Shown one piece after another: positions 52,772 to 61,478 of a stretch of 64,000 nt of DNA. Numbering within the stretch: position 1 is the stretch's first letter; each line of letters begins with the position of its first letter. The notes under the pieces are model-generated. The model did no database searches. It was not told the origin of the DNA and was given only the letters and a program-made list of their open reading frames with translations. Source of the stretch: Paecilomyces variotii (taxonomy: Eukaryota); the NCBI GenBank assembly GCA_004022145.1, contig RCNU01000002.1, one strand, 5' to 3'. Made by a program: the position numbers and the translations under genes.

Positions 52772-55700
52772 ATGGACTCCGACGATCGATCTCCGGCTGC
52801 TGGAGCTGTCGCACAATCAGCCCATATACCAATATCAGAGCTTTCTCCGGAGCGTGAAGATATAAGTACTAAGTCTGTGCATGCTGTGGTGACACTGGTC
52901 TGGCCATACTCGTCTTCAAGCCAGTCCCTTAGCCTTCTGCTCGCCGAGCCAGATTTTCGTCTTCGACGTTCCCAGGGCCAAGTGAAGGTCAACTTTCATG
53001 GTACAAGCGCGCAGGAAGTTGCCCAGACTCATGTGGGCATTGGTGACGAAGTCCACCTCTCCCTGAAAGGGGTCAGATGGACGGACACCCAGGGACCGTT
53101 AGCGACGCCGGGCAGAAATGTCAGCTGGGATATCAACTTCGAGAACCATGTAACACTTGAGGTACGCTGTCACTCGATAACACGTTATTTGATTTATGGG
53201 CTAAAAGATGATGCAGATCTCGAGAGACTCCCGACCTCTAGCCTCAGTGCAAGTTGATAGGCCAGCATCTCCGCCGCAGAATGATGGTTTCGCAACGCCA
53301 GCGAAACCTCCAGCTATGAATCTACACACGGAGCTGGAAGGTCCGTCTGTGGGATCGGCTCAATGGGCGTCACCAGCTTTTCTACGATCAAACCGCCAGT
53401 CTCTGGGTAGCGTTATCGGCCCTGCATTTGATCCCTTCGCGGAGGAAGATGGCTACGTACCGGGAAAAGGAAGGAAGAGACCCAGGTTCAGCATGCGCAG
53501 TAATGAATGGCGACTTGTTGATGAGCCTGCAAGTCCGGTCAAAGAGGAGACTCCCTGGGGTGAAATGGAAGACATGGATATGCAAGATGATGAGCTAGAA
53601 GCTGAGCTGGCAGTGGAAGAAACCGCCAGCAATCTGAATGGAGCAGGAACACATTCACCGAAACATATAGACGCAAAAGACGTTGCAGCTGAGCCTATGG
53701 TGACCGAAGAGTCTTTATCTGAAACTGCCGCCGGGCTCGCAGCAAGTGACAAAGCTCTCGCGCAAGATCGAAGTATCCAACGACCTCAAGATGCTGTGGA
53801 GGTGGTACGCAAAGATCCTCAGCTAGAGTTTACACCTCCAGTGGTGGCTTCGCAACGCACCAGCCGTGCTCCTACGGATACACCGCGTCTTCTGCCGCTT
53901 CTTTCCCCAGGACTTCTCGTCCCCTCGCCACTGGTAACAGTCTCTCCAAGTCCACAAGGTTACTTTCCGACGGTGGTTGAGTCTACTACATCTAGTGAAC
54001 CTCCAGTGGTTTCCGTGGGTTCTGGCGATCATGAAGCGACAATCCAGAACGGCCCCTTACAGGAAGCTCCTTCGCAGGATCTATTGCAAGAGGCTACCGC
54101 ACGAGTCCTAGAACATGCTGCTGCCGATGCCGTTGATGCTTCTATGGAGGCGAATAAACCTTCATCATCTGAAACAATAGCTGGTATCAGTACCCAAGTT
54201 CCTCATTCTCCTCCTGTGGGCGAGTCCGACGTCTTGATAGAATCATCAAACTTCCAGGTTGTCGAAGAAGGAGTACTTGAGAATACAGGTGAGATCGCAG
54301 GGGTAGTTGAGGAAGCAGCTGAAATTGATGAGGCGCGGTCGTTATCTGAGTCCGTTGAGACAGAGTCTGGCGGCTTCGACGAGGATGATGAAAATATCAG
54401 AGAAACCCGGCATGAGGATAGAGAAGCTCAGTTAGGGGATGGAGAAGGTGTCGATGAGCATGAAGAATACGAATCTACGGAACACGAGGAAGGATATTCC
54501 AATAGATCTCGAAATTACTCAAGGTCACCTCCTGTTCCTATTGAAGAGGAATCTGAAAGTGAAAGCGAGATAAGTGAGGAAGAAACAGAAGCGGAATTCG
54601 AATATGTTAAACGAGAATATGTTAAACCCAGCAACCGGGAGAGCCCTGAAGAGAGACTACATGATACGGCTTCTTATGTCGCTGAAGACGAGTACGATGA
54701 CGCGGAAGAAGATGAGGAACAATCTGAGGAACAATCTGAGGAAGAATTCGACGAGGAATACGAGTCCGTTCATGTCTACGAGGACGAATCTGAGGAATCA
54801 CTAGGTTCTGAAGCCGACTCGGAAGATGCGCCTTCGACAAGACCGCAAGCGCCAGCTCCGGAAAGGACTGTACATCCGGAAATTATCGTTCTAGATAGCG
54901 ACAGTGAAGAGGAGTCCGGTGTGGCTGGAAACCATTCCGTAGTCCCACCGGAAGATCAGAGAGATGTCCTCGTGAAAGCGACTGCAACAAGGGATCAGAA
55001 TGAGCTGTCGGTCTTGCGTACTGTACATGCTGAGGGCTCAGAAGAAATCCAGGACAACGAAGAAGGCATTAGATACTCTGAAACCGAGGAGTCGCAAGAT
55101 AGCGAGCATTCTGAGACTTCGGCTGCTCCCGGATCCCCCGCTACTGGTGAAGATGTATCAGACAGCTTCCAGGAGGAGAGCGAAGAGGAAGTCCATCAAG
55201 AAGTTCAGGAAGAAACCCATCAATATTTCCATCGGGAAATTCAGGAAGAGGCCCGGGAAGAGGCCCGGGAAGAGAACCTGTCACCATCAGAAGAATCGCA
55301 CGGGTCCGTGAGCTATCCTTTCTTTACACCCGAGACCGACCTGCAGCAGCCGATATCAGACGAGCACAGTGAAAGTGCTATAGATCCTGAGTTACTCCGA
55401 TCACAACAAATACCACCGACGAGTGCAATAAACGACAATAACAAAGATGCTCATGAGCAAAAGGATGAGGCCCTGCTGTATGATCGAAGTTCTAATCTAA
55501 GTCGATCCCGTGATCAGGGTCTTTTCCTTGACGGACCAAATTCTCCTCAGCACAGCGGTCAAGTCGAAAGAGGCCAGCACCAATATATCGAACTTCACGG
55601 TCAATTACCTACCCCTAATGCTACGCAACAGATGGATCCCGTGTCTCCAGAACCGGATGATCACATCGCTAGGCCAGAGTTTATGCCCACTCCACGAAAT

Positions 55701-56795
55701 ACTCAAGATCCCTTTACCGAACAGTTACAAGAAGACCAGCCAACTCTCCCAGACACTGCGTCACCAGCGCACATTGAGATAGTGTCCACGGATTTTAATG
55801 GTCAGAAAGAAGAAAATATTCCGGGTGGCATAGTGCAACATGTGTCTCGACATGTGTCTAGCAGAAAATACACAGCCACCGTACCTGTCGAAGACAAGCC
55901 GCTGGCCGCAGACGACACAGGTCTGGACCGCGAAGAGCAGCCAGAAGTTCAACAGAGCATTGAAAGTAATACAGATGTCGTTGATCGCCGTCCCGTGCAA
56001 GTGAGCGTGGAAATCAGTCCTGCTGCGAGTCCGCCGAATCCCCCCGCTCTTCCAGATCGTAAAGCAAGGGGCTTTCGCAGCGCACATTCTTACTTCGCTC
56101 CGCTGGCGACGTTGTTCGACCTTTTCAATTCCGTGATCGATACAATCTCAGTCGTTGTTGAGACGTCAGCTGTGTCCCGTTCCGCGTCTGGTCCCCGGGA
56201 TTACTTTCTGACTCTGCAGCTTACAGACCCGTCAATGGCGGGTACTATACTTCCCGCACAAATATTTCGCCCTTACAAGACGGTCCTGCCAGCTGTGAAA
56301 GAAGGAGACGTGATCCTGCTACGTAACTTCAAGGTCCGGACTTTCAATCATTCAATGATGCTGCTCAGCACAGACACCAGTGCGTGGGCTGTCTTCGACG
56401 GCGAGATGGACGAAGCTCGCGTGGCTGGTCCGCCAGTGGAATACGGCCTGGCTGAACGCTCTTACGCAGACAGTCTACGCGAATGGTTCCGCGAAGATGG
56501 CGCTGCTATGGTTGCGGACTACAGGCTCCAGTTGTCCATCGACAGAGCTAGCAGAGGGGACACGCCTTCCAGCAGCGCTGCCATCAGCGATACCGGCAGC
56601 ATTGACTCGGGCTTGCGTGAATCACGCGGTGACTCGCTTTTCTCACACCGCGGGTCCAGACGCAACAGAAAAGGTAACCGGCGAATCACTATCCATGAAC
56701 TGAGAGACGGGACGCGATATACAGAGGTTGGATCGCCCTCTGATAAGGAGAGCATTCACGAATTAAGAGACGGCACAGTCTACGCGAATCTTTGA
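52772..56795 (+). CDS. Protein with an N-terminal OB fold, a long acidic linker and a C-terminal POT1/Cdc13-type (Telo_bind-like) OB fold; intron about 53162-53217
   Basis: N-terminal HAVVTLVWPYSSS...GQVKVNFHG...GIGDEVHLSL; C-terminal IDTISVV...GPRDYFLTLQLTDPS...AQIFRPYKTVLPAVKEGDVILLRNFKV, which resembles POT1 OB1. Confidence 0.78.
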
Positions 56796-57284
56796 TTTGC
56801 TCATGCTGCAGCCAGTCCAGAGCTCAAACTGTGTAGAAAAGCATGCATGCCCTGCGCTACGCTCCTGAAGCTCGGGTTTCGGGTGTAAAAAAATCATTCA
56901 TTGTGTATAATTGTTGACCGCGTACATTCCATCAAATAAGTATATAGCTCAGTACATTCTCTCCGGCGAGGCCTAGTAAGATAACGAAGCACGGATCTAC
57001 TTCTTGATCGTGTCAGGTCAGCAGTGAGAAAACCAAGAGAAGGACTAATAAAGCCACGGTTAAGGAGCCATGACATTGTCAGACTTTGCCTTTCTACCTC
57101 AAGCTCAACCAGCAACCTGCTAAAAGCAGAAGTGTAGCAGCGGTTGAGCCCCTCGGATTACCAGAGCCTCGTAGGGTATCTTCATAACGGATGACGACGA
57201 CGCCAGGACGGATTCGAATGGACTCGACGTACCGAGTAATAATAAGTACGGCGCACGCGACAGAATCAGGATCCAAAGGATGCT

Positions 57285-57630
57285 ATCATCACAATCATCA
57301 TCATCATCACCATCGTTCTATTACAATGCCTGCATACTGCAGCGACATAGGTCTTAAACCTCCTCGAAAAGAAAAAGAAGGGCATGTCCCGTCGATCAGG
57401 TCATCACCGCATCATGGGAAGCTGGAGAGCCCTCGTGATGATGGTTTTAGACGCGGGGTCCGCACGAAACGGTCAATCTCGACACACTCATCGGAATCGC
57501 CAGCGCAGTGGAGGAATGAAAGAAGCTGCTGGCGATGATTTGAGTCGGTGGTCTTGGGTTTTGTGGAAAAGAAAAAAAAAAAGAAAAGAGAAAAGAAAAG
57601 CGAAAAGAAGGAAAAGAAAAAGAAAAAGAG
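57285..57630. repeat. Low-complexity upstream region of eIF4E: (CAT)n at 57285-57313 and an (A)n/GAAAA tract at 57567-57630
   Basis: Seen directly. Confidence 0.8.
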
Positions 57631-57970
57631 ACGGTGCGGGTGGAGCCGCCGGGCTGGGCGGTGATTGGCTGGGCGCCGGAAGAGGACGAGCGAGAGCGAC
57701 GGCGAGACGTGAGGATGCTTCTCTGCGTCGGTCTCCAACAACATACATACTCGTCTCTCTACGTCCTCGATCAACACCCTTAATCCTGCCTCACACAGCC
57801 CTTTTACGACCTCGACCCCGCCGCTGCCACCTCCTGTACGCCCTGTTCCATCTATTCGGCCCATCTTCTATCGTCTACTAGTCTCGCACGAAGAGCCACC
57901 ACACCCCCCACTAGTGTCAGTCCCTACCTGATGACCGCTCTTTTTCAGAGCAACTGTATACGCTACCTCG

Positions 57971-59186
57971 ATGGATAACGCAAACCTGTGGACGCGGAGA
58001 GCAAAGTAAGACCATCTGACAGCCTTTTTCCTGTAGTCTCAGGACCTGTGTCAGGCCCGTGCTGACCGCGATCATAGCTCCAGCAAGCTGTCTCTGTCCA
58101 TGTCCGGGACTGACAGAGACGGTGGCGCCCGAGTCGATCTTCCCCGCAATCACACAGCGAAGCGCTTCGGTCCCGACAGCTCTCATGGACGGTCGAATCC
58201 CTTCAATGCGATATCTCCTCTCTCCGCGGGCGCGTCCTCCCCGTCGATAAACGCCTCGTCCGCTTTCGGCCTGGGGTCTGGCGCATTCGCGTCGTTCGGT
58301 TCTTCAGCCAAGACTCCGAAGACGCCCTCCGGCGGTGCCTTCGATCTCAGCTCGAAGACTTCTGGTGATAAGAAGGATACGCATGAGACGGAAGGCACGG
58401 GGACGGACACAGTGAAAGCGAAAGGCTCGACGTCCTCACTCAGCACATCCGCTTCCACCATCAAGACACACCCTCTCAAGTCGACGTGGATTGTCTGGTA
58501 CCGTCCACCCACACCGAAATACTCAGACTATGAGAAGTCAACAATCGCACTGGCATCCATTTCCACGGTTGAAGGCTTCTGGAGTGTCTATTCCCACCTG
58601 AAGAGACCATCTCTCCTCCCGACTGTTTCCGACTACCACATCTTCAAGAAGGGTATCCGTCCCGTCTGGGAAGATGAGGCCAACAAGAAGGGTGGGAAGT
58701 GGATCGTCAGATTGAAGAAGGGAGTTGCTGACCGGTACTGGGAGGACCTTCTGCTGGCCATGGTGGGCGACCAGTTCGCGGAAGCTGGAGATGAGGTCTG
58801 CGGTGCCGTTCTTAGCGTGCGGAGCGGAGAGGACGTGTTGAGTGTCTGGACGAGGATCGACGGTGGAAGGAACATCAAGATCAGGTAAGTCTGGACTTGT
58901 CATCAACAATAGCTACATATATGGCCCTTGCTAACCGACGTATAGGGAGACGATCAAGCGATTGCTCGCCTTCCCGCCAGACACCAACATCGTTTGGAAA
59001 AGCCACGATGACAGCATTGCTCAGCGATCTGCTATCGACCAAGCTCGTCAAGAGAAGGCTGCTGCCAACGCTGGTCATCATCACCACCACGGGGGTGACC
59101 GGCGGAGGGCTAATAATGCCAACCACAACAACAGCAACAGCCATGATGACACAACGGGTGACAAGGGGAAAGGTTCGGCGTCTTGA
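57971..59186 (+). CDS. Class II eIF4E (4EHP/eIF4E2-like cap-binding protein), 3 exons (introns about 58006-58076 and 58885-58945)
   Basis: Micro-exon MDNANLWTRRA; core HPLKSTWIVWY, STVEGFWSVYSHL, DYHIFKKGIRPVWED, GGKW, YWEDLLLAMVGDQF. Tyr (SDYE) replaces the first cap-stacking Trp, as in class II. Confidence 0.9.
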
Positions 59187-60557
59187 AAAAGGGTTAAACT
59201 GAGCCTTGGTATGGCCCTGTATAGTAAAGGTTAACTGGCATGCGTTCTTCACTGGGTTGGGGGAAGGCTTGGGCGAATTCCTGCGTCTGCTTTAGTTTTA
59301 ATGCAAGATGACATGAAAGGACCAGCATCTCGATGCTATGTAGTCTACCATTGGTATCACGATTGCTTCTACATTGGGGGGTTTTACGGGTGATGGGGAC
59401 AATGGCACTTCTCATGAATTCCTACGATATCTATTTCCGTTCCTTCTTCTTCGTTGTAAGATAGCACCATCGCAACAGCCCTTCTCTGGGGAGATCACGG
59501 ATTTTCTCACTTTGAGATTTGTCCACAGTACCCCTTCTTCTAGTTGTTGACTCGAGAATCATGCTCTGCGGCGTTGACTACTTTTCTTCCACCAGCAACA
59601 ACATGCGTCAGTATCATCAGTGCGTCCGTCAGCGAGTCAGCTTTGCCTTCTACGTGGAAAACATCACTATGCTCTTTGAACCCTCTTTGTGTACGCCACG
59701 CGAATATGCGGATCGATGTTGTCTGGTGTTATTCTCCCAAGGACATGGTGCTCCCAATTATACTGGTGGATGATTTGCAAGGTGACAAGTTGAGAATGAT
59801 AGCAATTGCACCGAACACCCTTCGTGTTCGTCATCAATGTTGCAAATCAGAAAAGCGTCGACAATCTACCTAGCGGCTTAGGGCCAGTTGTTTGCCCAAT
59901 GAGCCACCAATGGAGCCGGCGAAGCTATGTAGATGCGCCGTATGCTACCTTCCAAACCAAAAATTGTAGATTCTAGGTATATAGTAGGTTCTGTGCTATT
60001 TGGAGAAGGATAATCGTTATTGTAATTTTCTTATCCTGCGTGTCGGCATATGTACTTACTTTCCCTGCTTAAGAGATACAAATTATACACTCCGATTTTA
60101 CCATTAAGCAGTTTTGAAAGGAGGGGGGTTATGATAGCTTGTCATCTTAGTGCTGGTTAAGCACTTGCAGGAAGATGATATATACTATATTTAATGCTCG
60201 GCTGCTTTACGCTACATACTACGTAATACTGTCGAATGTCTCTTCGCTGCCCTGTGCCAGAACTGTAGATATATCGGTTTAACTCTCAATAGGTGCACCA
60301 CTCTCACTTAATATTGTCGAATTATATCCCGGCACACTCAGGAATACTGAAACAAGAAGCTAAAATTAGAATAAAGAGGAATGACGGTGAGTATAGAATA
60401 CATTGCTGGTTTTATATTTACAAGGAACTGAACTTAAGGACCTCGGGACACTCTCCGCAACTGAGTATTGCTTATCAACTACAGCATCATGCCACCCCCT
60501 TTGCTGCGACATTATCCTACTTCAGCTTGCAATGTCCCTATCATGGGGTATAGAACC

Positions 60558-60587
60558 AAAAAAAATTAACAAAAAGAAAAAAAAAAA
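60558..60587 (-). terminator. Oligo(dT) RNA polymerase III terminator of the tRNA gene
   Basis: Long T runs on the minus strand beginning 5-6 nt after G73. Confidence 0.85.
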
Positions 60588-60592
60588 GATGT

Positions 60593-60730
60593 CGACAGAA
60601 CTGGGATTCGAACCCAGGCGGGCGAACCCACAGGCTTACTATTTGGGGTGTTAGTTGGAAATTCGAGTTACGGTGTCTTTGTAAAGGCTACTTACGCAGG
60701 CCTGCACCTTAACCACTCGGTCATCCTGTC
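60593..60730 (-). tRNA. trnS(GCU): tRNA-Ser(GCU), 81 nt mature, interrupted by a 57-nt intron at 60695-60639
   Basis: Acceptor stem GACAGGA/TTCTGTC, discriminator G73, A-box TGACCGAGTGG, D stem ACC/GGT, anticodon stem CAGGC/GCCTG, long variable arm TGGGTTCGCCC, T arm CTGGG-TTCGAAT-CCCAG. Removing the GT...AG segment gives loop CT-GCT-AA. Confidence 0.9.
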
Positions 60731-61478
60731 AAGGTGATGGAAGATTTTCCATTTTGGCGTTTCTTAAATTTGACATCGAGACACCAACTCCTCAAACTCA
60801 CGTGATAGACACTTTTTGGTAAGCATAAACATTTAACTTAACTAAAGAGCTTCAACATAAAATCTTACTTCTGGATTTAGATCGAGTGTTTCTAGCCTGT
60901 AATAGAAACTGAAAGGCTAAATTCCGAAGGGACCAGCTCAGTGTGGGGAGTATTGTGGAGCGTGGGAAACAGCAGTATTGTATTAAGACTGATAGCTGGA
61001 GTTCTCAGGAGCGTATTGTTTGTTATTCTGGCAGGGGGATGCCGGCGGATTGCACTTTCTTCTGACAATTTCCTGACATTTTGTCAAATTTTTGCTTGCC
61101 TGATTAATGAACCTGCCTGCATGTCGTCATGAAGCTGGGGCCTATGGCTGACATTACTCCCACTCAAGAGTTTCTTCTTTAGTCGTCTTGTTCACAACCT
61201 GAATATTGTTCTTAGAATCTCCAAGCCCTGTCATTTACGGTTTCCAAAACATTCGTTCGCCCCTCCTAGATCACCGGCCTTCCATTCTCAACGTTCCTGT
61301 CATTTCCCCTTCTTTACATAGAAAGAAAAACTCGTCCTGCTCCGATCAAGCGCAGGAAAATTACCGATTATCTTCATAGATTGAGAGGCAGGCTTGACTA
61401 AGCAGAGTATGATTTACTTGGACCTGACACAGAAATGATGACTGACTCCAAGCAATAAATTCATAGGAAGAACAAGCC

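Noticed and set aside
57384-57881. 165-aa and 150-aa overlapping ORFs upstream of eIF4E
   Set aside because: They arise from low-complexity A-rich and GC-rich promoter/UTR sequence.
59519-59873. Short ORFs between eIF4E and the tRNA
   Set aside because: No family motif, convincing start or splice structure on either strand.
60593-60730. Reading the tRNA as tRNA-Arg(GCG) with a canonical 37/38 intron
   Set aside because: It would need a pyrimidine at position 37 and a GCG anticodon on a body with Ser identity features (G73, long variable arm). GT-AG excision gives a fully normal Ser(GCU). Not formally excluded without RNA data.
60798-60805. TCACGTGA E-box about 70 bp upstream of the tRNA
   Set aside because: It is a single common motif and cannot be assigned to the tRNA or to the neighbouring gene from sequence alone.
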